64,000 nt of DNA from NCBI GenBank assembly GCA_049975265.1, contig JBNGDF010000005.1, positions 10,220-74,219 on the forward strand. Reading direction: 5' to 3'. Below the pieces are notes generated by a model. The model had not been told where the DNA came from. It saw only the letters and a program-made list of their open reading frames with translations, and ran no database searches. This document shows positions 40,059 through 51,869 of the stretch, piece after piece. The position numbers and the translations under genes are program-made. Each line of letters begins with the position of its first letter. The stretch's first letter is position 1. Source of the stretch: Fidelibacterota bacterium. GTDB taxonomy: Bacteria; Fidelibacterota; UBA2242.

Positions 40059-42056
40059 ATGAAACGTCGCATATTTAGTTGTGTAATGCTTCTACTTGTC
40101 AGCGGACAGACCCTGCCCGCACTGGACCTGCCGGCTGTTTTTGGTGATAATATGGTCCTTCAGCAGAAAAGCAAGGTGGCGGTCTGGGGCTGGGCATCTC
40201 CAAATGAGAAAGTGAGGGTCTGTGGTAATTGGAGCCGGCGCAGAGCATCTGCCATTGCCGATGAAAGTGGAAAATGGCTAGTTCGATTAAAGACGCCCAA
40301 AGCCGGAGGACCCTATACGTTGACGGTTTCTGCGGATACGACGATTGTGTTCCGGGATGTATTGATTGGTGAGGTCTGGTTCTGTGCCGGGCAATCCAAT
40401 ATGGATATGTGGATGGCCAAAGGCGCCGGAAAAGCCGGTGTTTTGAACTATCAGGAAGAAATTGCAAAAGCCGACTATCCAAATATACGTATGTTTAAAG
40501 TTACGCAAAAATTGTCTGAATCACCAATGGAGAATTGTGTTGGCGCCTGGCAGAGATGCACTCCGGAAAGTGTCGCCAGATTCAGTGCCGTAGCGTACTA
40601 CTATGGGTTGGAATTGTATCAGGAATTGGGCGTGCCGATCGGGTTGGTTCAGAGCTCCTGGGGTGGCTCACCGGCTCAGGCGTGGACCAGCCGCGAGGCT
40701 CTGGAAAGCCATCCGGATTTTCGATATTACTTAAATGAACTTGAAGAAATTGTTCAGAACGAGAAGAACAAGGAGCACTTAAAGCGGGAGTACGAGGAAG
40801 ACCTCAATCGCTGGATCCTGGAATCTTATGCCCTGGATAAAAAAATCTGGCGGAGCTGGATTTCACCCGAGCTGGATGACAGCGACTGGCAAAAAATGAA
40901 TTTACCAAGCAGCTGGGAGAGCGCCGGACTGCCGGATTTTGACGGCACGGTCTGGTTCCGGAAGCATTTTACCGTGCCCAATGAATTTCTTGGTAAAGAG
41001 TTACTATTTGATCTTGGACCAGTCGATGACATTGATCGGACCTTCATCAACGGGAGAAGGATAGGTGAGATTCAGGAACGGGGCAACTATAAAGTATCCC
41101 GTGAGTATCCAATTCCGACGGACTTGCTGAAGCCCGGTGACAACGTGGTTTCCATCCGCGTAACCGATTATAAGGGTAGTGGTGGAATTTATGGCGGGAG
41201 TGATCATTTGCGCATTGTTACGGCGAACAATCAGAAGGTGGTTACCGATCTCTCCGGCGAGTGGCTCTATAAAGTCGCTTATGATATTAAAGACCATCGT
41301 CCGATCCCGGAAATCCCGGGCAAGATGACAAAAACAACACCGACGGCGCTGTTTAACGGTATGGTGGCGCCGTTAATTCCTTATACTATAAAGGGGGTTA
41401 TCTGGTACCAGGGCGAAAGCAACCGATCTGAAGCCTATGTATATCGGGAACTGTTTCCGTTGATGGTTTCGGATTGGCGGGAGCGCTGGCAGTTGGGTGA
41501 TTTCCCGTTTTACTATGTCCAGATAGCGCCCTTTGGTTATAAGAGTGAACATCCGATTGCTGCGGAAGTGCGGGAATCCCAACTGGTATGTCTGAACACG
41601 ATTCCCAACTCAGGTATGGTTGTGACGATGGATGTTGGAGATATTGATGATATCCATCCCCGTGACAAAAAAACAGTGGGACAGAGGTTGTCACTCTGGG
41701 CATTGGCGAAAACATATCATAGAAAAGGGGTACCCTGTTCCGGTCCTTTATACAGGGAAATGGTCGTAGAAGATAATAAGGTACGAATATATTTTGACTT
41801 TGCTGATGATGGTTTAAAAATAAACGGTGATGATCTGTCACATTTTTCAATTGCCGGTGCTGACAGCGTTTTTCAGCCGGCGAAGACAAAAATTGAAGGT
41901 AATACGATTCTTGTGTGGAATGAGAATATAACAAAACCGATTGCTGTACGTTTTGGCTGGAGTAATACGGCGGAACTGAATCTGTACAATTCTGCCGGTC
42001 TGCCGGCATCGCCTTTTCGCACCGATGACTTCCCGGTTTCCACTCAGAGAAAATAG
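40059..42056 (+). CDS. Sialate-O-acetylesterase-like (SASA/DUF303) carbohydrate esterase with central galactose-binding-like domain
   Basis: Signal peptide. GEVWFCAGQSNMDM (SGNH/SASA-type GQSN nucleophile block). Second conserved block ...YQGESN.... No T9SS sorting domain. Confidence 0.65.
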   Translation: MKRRIFSCVMLLLVSGQTLPALDLPAVFGDNMVLQQKSKVAVWGWASPNEKVRVCGNWSRRRASAIADESGKWLVRLKTPKAGGPYTLTVSADTTIVFRDVLIGEVWFCAGQSNMDMWMAKGAGKAGVLNYQEEIAKADYPNIRMFKVTQKLSESPMENCVGAWQRCTPESVARFSAVAYYYGLELYQELGVPIGLVQSSWGGSPAQAWTSREALESHPDFRYYLNELEEIVQNEKNKEHLKREYEEDLNRWILESYALDKKIWRSWISPELDDSDWQKMNLPSSWESAGLPDFDGTVWFRKHFTVPNEFLGKELLFDLGPVDDIDRTFINGRRIGEIQERGNYKVSREYPIPTDLLKPGDNVVSIRVTDYKGSGGIYGGSDHLRIVTANNQKVVTDLSGEWLYKVAYDIKDHRPIPEIPGKMTKTTPTALFNGMVAPLIPYTIKGVIWYQGESNRSEAYVYRELFPLMVSDWRERWQLGDFPFYYVQIAPFGYKSEHPIAAEVRESQLVCLNTIPNSGMVVTMDVGDIDDIHPRDKKTVGQRLSLWALAKTYHRKGVPCSGPLYREMVVEDNKVRIYFDFADDGLKINGDDLSHFSIAGADSVFQPAKTKIEGNTILVWNENITKPIAVRFGWSNTAELNLYNSAGLPASPFRTDDFPVSTQRK

Positions 42057-42074
42057 AAAGCAGATTACCATCCG

Positions 42075-44039
42075 ATGAGATTTCAAAAACACATTTTTCA
42101 GGTAGCGGCCACTTTTTTCCTCACAATAGGGAGTGGATTTTTATCAGCAATGCCCATTTTCAGCTACTATACCGGAATGGATTCAACCGATGGAATTATA
42201 TATAATGCAGTGGAGATTGTTGGTATTTCCGATCCGGAAGAGGCGGTTGCCCGGGGAGAATCCGGCTGGGGATATACAGTTCCTCAGGCAGCCCGTTTTG
42301 ATACGGATTCCTCCTATATTATTACCGCAGAGAACGTTCAACTGAGTTATATCGGCGATCACACGCTATCCGGTGAAATCTGGGTGCGACCATATCGCGG
42401 CAATGGTGTCTTGTGGACGTGGGGCGATACGAGCGGGGCAAATTTTTTACGGATGTCTTTGAAAGAGGATTGCTCTATCCGCCTTGAGCGGAGCATTCTG
42501 GACAGTGTTTATGTGGTTGATTCCGGGCGGACGCTGGATACAAACCGAATGCAATATATCCGCTGGGTCAGTGAAGTTCTGCAAGATACGCTGTATCAAT
42601 CATTATGGATAAATGGACAGATCAGTTCTCAAAACAGAGACTACCTGCTGTCCGGCACAGGGTTTGTCATTTTAAGGTCCCCTTTTCAGCTGGGTGGCGT
42701 ACTGAGTTCGGACAGTGCGGCACAGGCTTTTTCCGGGGAAATCCATGCGGCTACCCTTACGAATGTTTTGTCGCAATACGAACTGTCCGCTTATCTGCCC
42801 TATGACGGCAGCCGGTTTTCCGGGATTCCCTATTATTGGGATTACGACCATTGGAAAAGTTATACCATTTCACCGACACCTGTTGGGGCGCTGATATTTG
42901 TGCCCTATGTCCACGATGATTTTGTTCCTCAGGGGCTGACCAACTCCTTTGAGGACCCAGACTTCAGCGGTGATGGAATGATTTTTATTTCCATGTATAA
43001 CAAGACGATTAATAATGTCATTGGTCTGAAGCGCTCAATTGTTGTCGAGATGGATCCCGGAAATCATTTTGCGGTGCGGCGCTGTTTTCGGCTGCGGGGA
43101 CAGCTGCAATACAGCCATAATGGCGGCATTGCGTATAAAAATAACCGTATTTATATCGCCGGTTCGGGCTATATTGAAGCTTATCAGATTCCTGTCTACG
43201 ATGGCGAAGGAGACGCAAAGTATCAGGACCTGTACCCAATGTCTTCCGGTTTATACGATGTGGAGGGCTCGACCTCTTTTACCACCATTTTTAATGATAC
43301 TCTCTGGGTCGGTGATTTTCGTGAAGAGGATCAAAGCAATCCCTATTTGCGGGGCTATCCTCTGGACTCAAATGGCGCCATTGGCGGTACCCCAAAATAT
43401 TATCGCCTGCCGCTGCAAACTCAGGGTTGTACCTGGGGTATATACGCCGGCAGGACATACCTGTTTACTTCGATCAGTTCGGGCGGTACAAATAACAGTC
43501 TGTTGCACCGGTTTGATCGGAATGAGCTATCCGTCTATGCGGTTCCGGAGCCCGACAGAACCCTTGAATTTCCGTCTGGAGCCGAGGATATCAGTTTTGA
43601 CGGTGACGGCGATCTGTGGTGCGTTTCAGAGTCGGGTGCGAAGTACTATCAGCTGCGTGATTCCTATCCCTGGCGCCAGTTTTTTCCTTTTATCTATGAA
43701 ATAAAAAATTCAGTCCTGTTCAGCGATATTGATACGACGTTGAATCTGCAATTTCAACAAAACCGGATACCATCAAAATTTTCGGTTCAAAACTATCCGA
43801 ATCCGTTTAATCAACAAACGGTCATTACCTATTCAATCATTGAAAACTCTGTCATTGATATGGTTCTCTATGATATTTGTGGCAGAGAGCTGTCCCGACT
43901 GGTCGATCAGGAGTCGAAGCCGGCGGGCAGCTATCAGTTTGTCTGGCATACGCCGGAGCTGCCGACAGGGATATATTTCATTCTGCTGTCGGATAATCAC
44001 GGTCAGCAGGCTATCCGCAAGCTGGTTTTTCTAAAGTAA
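42075..44039 (+). CDS. Hypothetical secreted protein with LamG-like domain and T9SS C-terminal sorting domain
   Basis: C-terminal VQNYPNPFNQQTVITYSI...VLYDICGRELSRLVDQ...GIYFILLSDNHGQQAIRKLVFLK is a T9SS sorting-domain motif. N-terminal region GEIWVRPYRGNGVLWTWGD is LamG-like. Confidence 0.6.
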   Translation: MRFQKHIFQVAATFFLTIGSGFLSAMPIFSYYTGMDSTDGIIYNAVEIVGISDPEEAVARGESGWGYTVPQAARFDTDSSYIITAENVQLSYIGDHTLSGEIWVRPYRGNGVLWTWGDTSGANFLRMSLKEDCSIRLERSILDSVYVVDSGRTLDTNRMQYIRWVSEVLQDTLYQSLWINGQISSQNRDYLLSGTGFVILRSPFQLGGVLSSDSAAQAFSGEIHAATLTNVLSQYELSAYLPYDGSRFSGIPYYWDYDHWKSYTISPTPVGALIFVPYVHDDFVPQGLTNSFEDPDFSGDGMIFISMYNKTINNVIGLKRSIVVEMDPGNHFAVRRCFRLRGQLQYSHNGGIAYKNNRIYIAGSGYIEAYQIPVYDGEGDAKYQDLYPMSSGLYDVEGSTSFTTIFNDTLWVGDFREEDQSNPYLRGYPLDSNGAIGGTPKYYRLPLQTQGCTWGIYAGRTYLFTSISSGGTNNSLLHRFDRNELSVYAVPEPDRTLEFPSGAEDISFDGDGDLWCVSESGAKYYQLRDSYPWRQFFPFIYEIKNSVLFSDIDTTLNLQFQQNRIPSKFSVQNYPNPFNQQTVITYSIIENSVIDMVLYDICGRELSRLVDQESKPAGSYQFVWHTPELPTGIYFILLSDNHGQQAIRKLVFLK

Positions 44040-44075
44040 GGTACGGTGGAAGTGAGTCGTTTAAGAAAGATAACA

Positions 44076-45763
44076 ATGATTGGACCGATTCTGGGCAGCA
44101 TGCTGTTAACTGCTATGACTGACAGTGCGGTTATTTGGCAGGACGATTTTGATTCGGAATATCTAAATGGCTGGACGATTGTCGACCTTGCTCCGGGTCA
44201 ACAATCCGACTGGCATGTTTATGATGGTTTTTTGGTTCATACTTCAAATATCGGCGGGAAAAAGCAGCTGGGGTCCCATATTGTCGCCGGAGACCGGGAA
44301 TGGCGCAATTATACAGTTCGGGCTGAACTGGTTTTCACCGACGATGATTATATCGGGATTCTGTTTCGCTACCGGGATCAGAAAAACTATTACCGCTTTT
44401 TCTTATCGGGACAAAATGGACAGAGTTTTCTGGAAAAGCGGGTGAAGGGCGATATTCAGCGATTGGGCTTTTTCGAGGAATCGCTGGATGAATGCAAAAT
44501 GACAATGACCGCTGCTGTTCACCAGGATACGATTCGGGTCTATCTCAATGATCGGGAATATTTTACGGTGATCGACTCCAGTCATCCAACCGGTAAGGTG
44601 GGATTTATGACCTGCTACAACGAGGGGGCGTATTTTGACAATATTGTCGTATCGGAATTTTACGAACCGATGATAAAAGTGGTCAAACCGCGGCTGGATT
44701 TTCGGTGCGGACCCTACCTCCAGAATGTTCTCGGTGACAGTGCAACGATTATGTGGCAGACGAACCTGCCGGCTAATTCGATTGTGGAATACGGTCGGCG
44801 GAAAGGATCTGCCAGGCGCATCGAAGTTGCGGGAAGCCGAAAAATTCATGAAATATGTCTGCGGAATTTGCGGAAAAATGCCCGTTATTTTTATCGGGTT
44901 ATCTCGGATAGTCTGCAGAGCGAGTGGTTCTCTTTTCGGTCTTATAATCCAAACCGGAAAAAATTGCGATTTGCTCTGTATGGTGACAGTCAGAATAATT
45001 TTATGGTGCATCGCAAAATCGCGGTTGCGATTGAAAAACATGATCCGGAATTCATCGTCCATGCCGGTGATCTGGCGCACGGCGGTCGGACTGGGCAACA
45101 GAATTTTTTCATCCGGCGGGCAGATTGTTGAGTAAAACACCAGGTTATGTTGCCCGCGGAAACCACGCCTATGGTTCGCCGCTTTTTGCCGATTATTTTT
45201 CCTTTCCGGAAAAGGAGCATGAAACCTATTATAGTATCCGGGTGGGAAATGCCTATTTCATCTTCCTAGATAATGCCAAAGCCGATTTTCCTGACAAAGA
45301 TTACTATCTTGATATTGATGAAGACAGCCAGCAATATAAGTGGCTGGTGCAACAATTAAGCTCCGCCGCGGCACAGCGCGCCGAATGGCTGTTTGTGGTA
45401 GCGCATGTGCCCTGCTATTCGGAGTTTGCCAGTCAGAAATTCGCAGGTAATATAAACGTCAAAAAATATGTACCGCTATACCGGCGTTATCAGGTGGATG
45501 CGGTTTTTTCCGGGCATATTCACGCCTATGAGCGGGGCGAGTCGGAGGGCGTTCACTATTTCATCTGTGGCGGTGCCGGGGGGACATTGGATCAAAAGCA
45601 GGAGCGGGATATTCCGGAGATAGAGGTTTCCCAGGCGGGTCATCACTACTGTATTGTCGAGATAGACGGTGCCCGTTTGTCATTTAAACAGTACGGAATC
45701 GATGGTCGGTTGCGGGACAGTTTTGAGATTAACAAGGGGGAGAAGCAGAATAAAAAGGAATGA
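44076..45763 (+). CDS. DUF1080/LamG-like domain + purple-acid-phosphatase-like metallophosphoesterase; frame broken at a T6 homopolymer
   Basis: Metallophosphoesterase motifs GDSQNN..., HAGDLAH, then after the frame change ARGNHAY (GNHE-type), GHIHAYER. The frame switches at TTTTTT 45104-45109 (track ORFs 44046..45131 and 45125..45763). Confidence 0.65.
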
Positions 45764-46043
45764 ATATCAATGCTTTGCAAAAGGGGGCAATAAGATTTAT
45801 TTGGCTTGAATGAGCCGGTAAAGGGCGTAGAAAGGCAATTTTTTTATTGACTCTGATGGAAATATTTTTTAAGGTATAGTGGAATTTATATTATTGAATA
45901 AATATTCAAATGAAGTTCAGAATCTTACCCTCCCAAAAAAAAATATCTGGTTTCAGACAGGGGTACGATGGTTAAAAGAAAGGAGGCAGCAAACAGACTT
46001 TGAGAAAGGCGTTGAACATTTTTAATAAAGAAAAGGAGAACCT

Positions 46044-49000
46044 ATGAAAAAGCGTGGTTTTGTATTTATCGCTGCTCTGATGTTCGTAAGTATCAGTACC
46101 TTTGCTACGGTGGTTACAACATCGGATAGTGTCGTAATAAACGAGTTTACCTATAACTCGGAATACTACGACAATGAATGGATCGAGCTGTACAACATTT
46201 CCAAGGACACGGTCAATATTGTGGGCTGGTCATTGATGGACGGTTATGCAGGTCACAATCCTGCTGTTATTCCAAACACCTGTCCTGACACCCTCTTGGA
46301 GCCCGGTGAATATTTTACGATCTGAACGATTGGAGATGGATTAAGCCATGGTTGGCCGCTACATTTTACTCCTAATGTGGATGCAGTCGGAAGCACCAAT
46401 ATCGTTTTAAATAATACCGGAGACATTCTGTACCTGCGGGACGCGACCGGAACGGTAGTCGACAGCGTCGATTTCTGGGATGAAGAAACATTCCCGGATG
46501 CACCCCGATGGGGTGTTGGTCCAACATGCGAGCTGATTGATCCTCTTGCTGATAACAATGATCCGAATAACTGGGCCGCTAGTTTTATGTATGGCGGGAC
46601 TCCCGGGTCCCAGAATCAGGTGGCTTTTGAAGTACCGAAAATCATCATCAGTGAAGTAATGTACAATCAGACAGAGGGATATGAGTTTATCGAATTGATG
46701 AATGCCGGTGACGTGGATGTCGATATCAGCGGCTGGTGGATCACTGACGATAATCCAACCACTGCTAAGACCCCCATACCTGCGAGCACGACTCTGGCAG
46801 CCGGGGATTTTTATGTCATTTTGGTTGATTCGTCCGAGGCTCCTCCCTTTGCACCGGATCACAATATTGCCGCCGTTGCGCCAATTGGTCTGAATAATGA
46901 TAAAGAGAATATCGTCCTTTTCAATGCCAATGACACGATGGTGACCTTTATGCATTATGATGACGGCAGTTCCAGCTATGGTGAATTTGCCCATGCTCCC
47001 AAAACCAGTGGTCATACACTTGAAATAATTGATATCAATTGTACCAATTGGGAGCCTTTAAACTGGCAGTTGAGTCTCTATGTAGGCGGTTCGCCAGGAG
47101 CTCTGAATGCCACGCCGGCGTCACTGGTTTTGGCTGAAATTGTCGGTACTAACAAAGTTGATCTGACCTATTCGGAACCGGTGGATTCAACCCAGGCTGT
47201 GACGAAAACCAATTACAAGGTCGATCATGGAGTTGGTAATCCGGATACTGTCATATGGTTAAGCGAAGTCATGGTAGAACTGACCGTGTCGGAAATCAAG
47301 TGGGATACCACGTACGCTCTGGCGGTCTGGAATGTCACCGATCTTGAGAGTGGAACTCCGATTCCGGATAGTACCGTCATCACCTACGGTCGTTACAAAC
47401 CTGATGCCGAACCACCGGTTGTTGTGGCGGTTAACGCGATGACAGATTCAACGGTCGTGGTCGAGTTTAACGAAGAGGTGGATTCCACTTCGGCGGTAAC
47501 GCTGACCAACTACAGCATCGATAACTCCATTGGCAATCCGCTGGGTGTCACCTGGTTTGGTGATAAGGTGGAGCTGGCATTAGCCATGAAACTGACCCTG
47601 GATGCCACGTATACCATTACGGTCAACGGGATTACCGATTTGTACGAAAATACAATGACCACCGCCGCCGTTTTGGAGTTCGTCCTCCGGGATTACAGTG
47701 GCAAGATTATCATCAACGAGTTCACCTACAATTCGGAATATTACGATAATGAGTTCATTGAGTTATATAATAATTCTGATGAAACCATTAATATCGCCGG
47801 TTGGGGTTTTCAGAACTCACTGGATAAGGATGTTTTAATTGTAGCCGATACAATCGACACCGAAATCGAACCGGGGACCTATTGGACAGTTTGGCTGTAT
47901 GCGGATCCGTTATCCAGGGGTCTCGATTGGCCACTGCACTTTACGCCGGATTGGAATGCGGCGATTGATTTGACCGATTCTACTAAAATCCACGTCTTCA
48001 ATCTCTGGAATTCCGGCAGCGATATATCGCTCTATGACGAAGCCGGCAGAACCGTTGATTTTGTTGATTTTAAGGAAGAAGAGACCTTCAATCAGCAGGC
48101 AAAATGGGGTGTTGGTGTGACCCTTGAGCGGATTGATCCCGACGGTCCCTCCAACGATCCGGAAAATTGGATGGCGAGCTGGTACTACGGTGGGTCACCC
48201 GGTGCAGCCAACCGCATTGATCGCCCGGTCTATCCGAAAATCGTCATCAACGAAATCATGTACCACAGCGCCGATGGTAATACCGAGTTTGTCGAACTGA
48301 AAAACCTGGATGATGTTGCCGTGGATATCAGCGGCTGGTGGTTGCGGCGTGATAATCCGACCCTTCCGAAAGTACCGTTTACCGGTGAAACAACTCTGCA
48401 ACCGGGCGACTTCTATGTTGTTCTAATTGATTCTCTCGGCGGACAGGATCTGGGATTTGTTCCGGATATGAATTATACCAATATTTCCAAGATCAACTAT
48501 TCCAACAGCAAGGATAACGTAATTCTGTTTAATGACGATGATATGATGGTGACCTATGTACATTATGATGACGGTGCTCATAGTTATAGTGAATTCACCC
48601 ATGCAATGGATGCTGACGGACTGGGTAAGTCGCTGGAATATTGGGATTACCGGAAAGAGAACTGGGAACCATTAGCCTGGGCAGCCAGTCAGGATTCCGG
48701 TGGAACACCCGGCAGAGAAAACTTCATTCCCGATGTCGTTCCGCCGGTCGTGGATTCAGCCCTGGCGATCAGTGATACTACCGTGCGAGTCTACTTCAAC
48801 GAAGAGCTGAACTATACGACAGCCGTAAACAAGAACAACTACACTATCGACAATGGTATTGGTAATCCGCTCTACAATCTTCTGGAGTCTGGCAATATGT
48901 CGGTTATTCTCTACCTGAATCCGACTAATCCGCTGGTTGAAGGGACAAACTACACGGTTACCGTTACCGGCGTCACCGACGTTTCCGGAAATGCCATCGA

Positions 49001-49346
49001 AGACATGAATACGGCGACCTTTGTCGGTCCGGCGGTGGTTGGAATAAACGGTGAGGATGCTCTTCCTAAGGTCTTCGCCCTGCATAAGAACTACCCGAAC
49101 CCATTTAACCCGGTCACGACGATCAATTACGATCTTCCCAAAGATGCCAATGTTCGCATCGTGATCTATGATGTAATGGGACGGGAGGTTCGCACGCTGG
49201 TGAACCGGCATCAGAAAGCGGGCTACAGGACACTGCAGTGGAATGCACTGGATAACCGCGGACTTCCGGTCAGTTCAGGCTTCTATTTCTATGTGATGGA
49301 TGCCGGCAACTTCCATAAGACCGAGAAGATGCTGTTGCTGAAGTAG
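46044..49346 (+). CDS. Four-LTD (lamin-tail domain) repeat protein with Ig-like spacers and T9SS C-terminal sorting domain; single in-frame TGA at 46323
   Basis: LTD blocks VINEFTYNSEYYDNEWIELYN..., IISEVMYNQTEGYEFIELMNAGDVDVDISGWWITDDNPT, IINEFTYNSEYYDNEFIELYNN..., VINEIMYHSADGNTEFVELKNLDDVAVDISGWWLRRDNPT, i.e. a tandem duplication of a two-LTD module. C-terminal YPNPFNPVTTINYDLPKDANVRIVIYDVMGREVRTL...GFYFYVMDAGNFHKTEKMLLLK. The TGA at 46323-46325 aligns with a Trp (TGG) in the internal repeat. Confidence 0.7.
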
Positions 49347-49371
49347 TGTGTCAAAGTGGAAAACTGAAAAA

Positions 49372-49400
49372 GGCTGCCTTTCATCGGGCAGCCTTTTTTT
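49372..49400 (+). terminator. Rho-independent terminator
   Basis: GGCTGCC-tttcatcg-GGCAGCC stem followed by TTTTTTT. Confidence 0.7.
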
Positions 49401-49574
49401 CTCATAATGAAAGCGGCTGTTGGAAATAATATTGGTGAATATTTTCATTGACTTTTAGCCAGATTTTCCGCAAACTTTATTGGAATTATTATTTGTGTAT
49501 ATTTATTCTAAGTTTGAATTTGCCTGAATGCTCCAATTTTTTAAAATTTCAAATGTCAATCAAAGGATGCCCTG

Positions 49575-50459
49575 ATGAAGAAACTGTTTACAGGAGGTCT
49601 GATTGCTTTAATGACCATGGGATGTTCTCAGAGCGATCGTAAACCGATTGATTTTTATGATCGTCTGAATATCCTGCCCATCCAGGCACACCGCGGCGGT
49701 GGTCTGGCATTGCCCGAAAATACGCTGGAGACCTTTGAATTTACCTGGGCAAATCAGATGATTCCCGAAGCCGATATCCGGACAACCAGTGACGATGTCA
49801 TTGTCTGTATACATGATGATACCGTTGGACGGGTGGCTCCGGATGCTTCCGCCAATTTAAAAAAGAAAAAATTCGAAGAGCTTGATTTACAAACGATCAG
49901 GTCACTAGATGTGGGTCGCTATCGGGGCAAACCCGGTCAGCGGATTCCCACCTTGGAAGAAGTATTCGCCGTGATGCAGGGACATCCTGAAAAATTGCTC
50001 TACCTGGATTATAAACAGATCGATCTGGACCGACTGGCGACGCTGGTGAAAAAGTATAATTTGGAAAAACAGATTATTTTTACGACGAAGCACTATGACC
50101 TGATTCTGGAGTGGAAAAAGCGGATTCCGGAATCACCGACCATGATCTGGATAGGGGGTTCACTGGCGCATAAAAAGGAGACTTATGCCAGCCTGAAGGA
50201 GGCTGATTTTGAAGGTTTAACAACACTCCAGATCCATGTCAAACTGCAGGATAACGGGCAATTTACCCCCGATGCGGATTATCTCGGTGCCTGCTTGAAA
50301 GAGTTGACGAAACATGGTGTCTTGTTTCAGGTACTGCCCTGGCGAATTAACGATCCGGAAGTCTTTAGAAAACTGATGGATATCGGTATCCGTTCCTTTG
50401 CCACCGATTTTCCTGATTTAACGCTTGCAGTATATACCGACTATTTAAAAAGTCCGTGA
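49575..50459 (+). CDS. GDPD-family phosphodiesterase-like lipoprotein
   Basis: Lipobox ...LMTMGCS. LPIQAHRGGGLALPENT...DIRTTSDDVIVCIHDD matches GDPD catalytic blocks. Confidence 0.7.
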   Translation: MKKLFTGGLIALMTMGCSQSDRKPIDFYDRLNILPIQAHRGGGLALPENTLETFEFTWANQMIPEADIRTTSDDVIVCIHDDTVGRVAPDASANLKKKKFEELDLQTIRSLDVGRYRGKPGQRIPTLEEVFAVMQGHPEKLLYLDYKQIDLDRLATLVKKYNLEKQIIFTTKHYDLILEWKKRIPESPTMIWIGGSLAHKKETYASLKEADFEGLTTLQIHVKLQDNGQFTPDADYLGACLKELTKHGVLFQVLPWRINDPEVFRKLMDIGIRSFATDFPDLTLAVYTDYLKSP

Positions 50460-50475
50460 AAGGAAGCGACCGGGC

Positions 50476-51849
50476 ATGAAATCCTACGAAATTGAGACTT
50501 CGCAGCGGATAAAGGATGCGCTGCAAATCCTTGACGCGAGTAAAATTGTCGAAATCGGTAGCGGCATTTTAGACAGGATAGCGGAAATCTTTCGGCGCTG
50601 TTTTGATGATCGACCAGCGATCATTATTGCGGATATGAATACCTATCCGGCTGCCGGACGGCAGGTTGAAACACTGCTAAAAAATTCGGGTATATCGCTG
50701 CTGGAAACGTTTATTTTCAGGGAAGCTGATTTGTATGCAGAGATGCAGCATGTTGACCATTTGGTGGAGCTGCTCTCGAAAGTAGATGCCATTGCCATTG
50801 CGGTGGGGTCCGGTACCATCAACGATCTGGTCAAGTTAAGTTCCTATCGTTGTGGTCGTCAGTATCTGGTGGTGGTGACTGCCGGATCGGTGGATGGGTA
50901 CAGCGCTTATGGAGCATCAATCTCAGAAAATGGTTTAAAACAGACCTTTTTTTGTCCGGCACCTCAGGCGGTGATTGTGGATTTGGATGTTATAGCCGCC
51001 GCCCCACGGATAATGAATGCCTGGGGATATGCCGATTTGGCAGCAAAAATCCCGGCGGGCGCCGATTGGATTATCGCGGATGCACTGGGGATTGAACCGA
51101 TTGACAGAATTGCCTGGAATTTCGTGCAACGACCGCTACGGAAATTAATCACCGATCCTGCCGGTGTCAGAAATGGCGATCAGCGGGCACTCTGTTTCCT
51201 GATCGAGGGATTAATCATGAGTGGTCTGGCGATGCAACAGGCGAAATCCTCGCGACCGGCTTCGGGTGCCGAGCATCAGTTCAGTCACCTTTGGGACAAC
51301 CAGCATCATATTCACCATGGCAAGGCGCCTTCCCACGGTTTCAAGGTAGCGGTGGGGTCTATGGCATCCATTGCGCTCTATGAGGCAATGTTTGCAATTC
51401 TGGGTGATGCTCCATCAGCGAAACTACGGGATGTCACCGGCTACTGGTTGGATTTTGCTGATATTGAGAGAGAAATAAAACGGGAATTTCCCAGTCCGCA
51501 GGAGTCGGTTCAGATCATTGAGCAGAGCCGTGAAAAGTATGTCGATCACAGAGAGTTAGCCAAACGGGTTGCTCAGGCAGTCTCCATCTGGCCGGATTTG
51601 AAGAAGAAATTGCTGAAACAACTGCTCGATTTTAAAGAATTTCAAGCCCTGCTCAGAAGGGTGGGGGCACCCCTCTCACCTCTTGACATCGGTATTGAGC
51701 CGGATCGGCTGAGGGCTAGTTATCGAACCGCCTGGCTGATACGGCAGCGGTATACGATATTGGACTTTACTTACCAGTTGGGTATATTCGAGCAGTGCAT
51801 CGGGTATATTTTCGATTCCGAACGGTATTGGAAATCCTCGTCTGAATAA
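50476..51849 (+). CDS. Dehydroquinate-synthase-like / glycerol-1-phosphate-dehydrogenase-like NAD(P)-dependent metal dehydrogenase
   Basis: GSGTINDLVK (glycine-rich NAD-binding loop of the DHQS/iron-ADH/G1PDH superfamily), ...VVVTAGSVDGYSA, and histidine cluster HQFSHLWDNQHHIHHG. 457 aa. Confidence 0.5.
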   Translation: MKSYEIETSQRIKDALQILDASKIVEIGSGILDRIAEIFRRCFDDRPAIIIADMNTYPAAGRQVETLLKNSGISLLETFIFREADLYAEMQHVDHLVELLSKVDAIAIAVGSGTINDLVKLSSYRCGRQYLVVVTAGSVDGYSAYGASISENGLKQTFFCPAPQAVIVDLDVIAAAPRIMNAWGYADLAAKIPAGADWIIADALGIEPIDRIAWNFVQRPLRKLITDPAGVRNGDQRALCFLIEGLIMSGLAMQQAKSSRPASGAEHQFSHLWDNQHHIHHGKAPSHGFKVAVGSMASIALYEAMFAILGDAPSAKLRDVTGYWLDFADIEREIKREFPSPQESVQIIEQSREKYVDHRELAKRVAQAVSIWPDLKKKLLKQLLDFKEFQALLRRVGAPLSPLDIGIEPDRLRASYRTAWLIRQRYTILDFTYQLGIFEQCIGYIFDSERYWKSSSE

Positions 51850-51869
51850 AACATTAGCGGAAAAGGAAC

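Noticed and set aside
781-46325. Possibility that TGA is a sense codon (Trp or Gly recoding), since three in-frame TGAs sit in otherwise continuous genes and two align with plausible Trp positions
   Set aside because: Long Trp-rich genes in the window (1034-, 903- and 865-aa proteins) encode every Trp as TGG and contain no internal TGA. TGA also terminates several well-delimited genes (5662, 6924, 15250, 40039, 45763, 50459, 52721). In-frame TAG and TAA stops occur too. Point mutations or errors explain this more simply.
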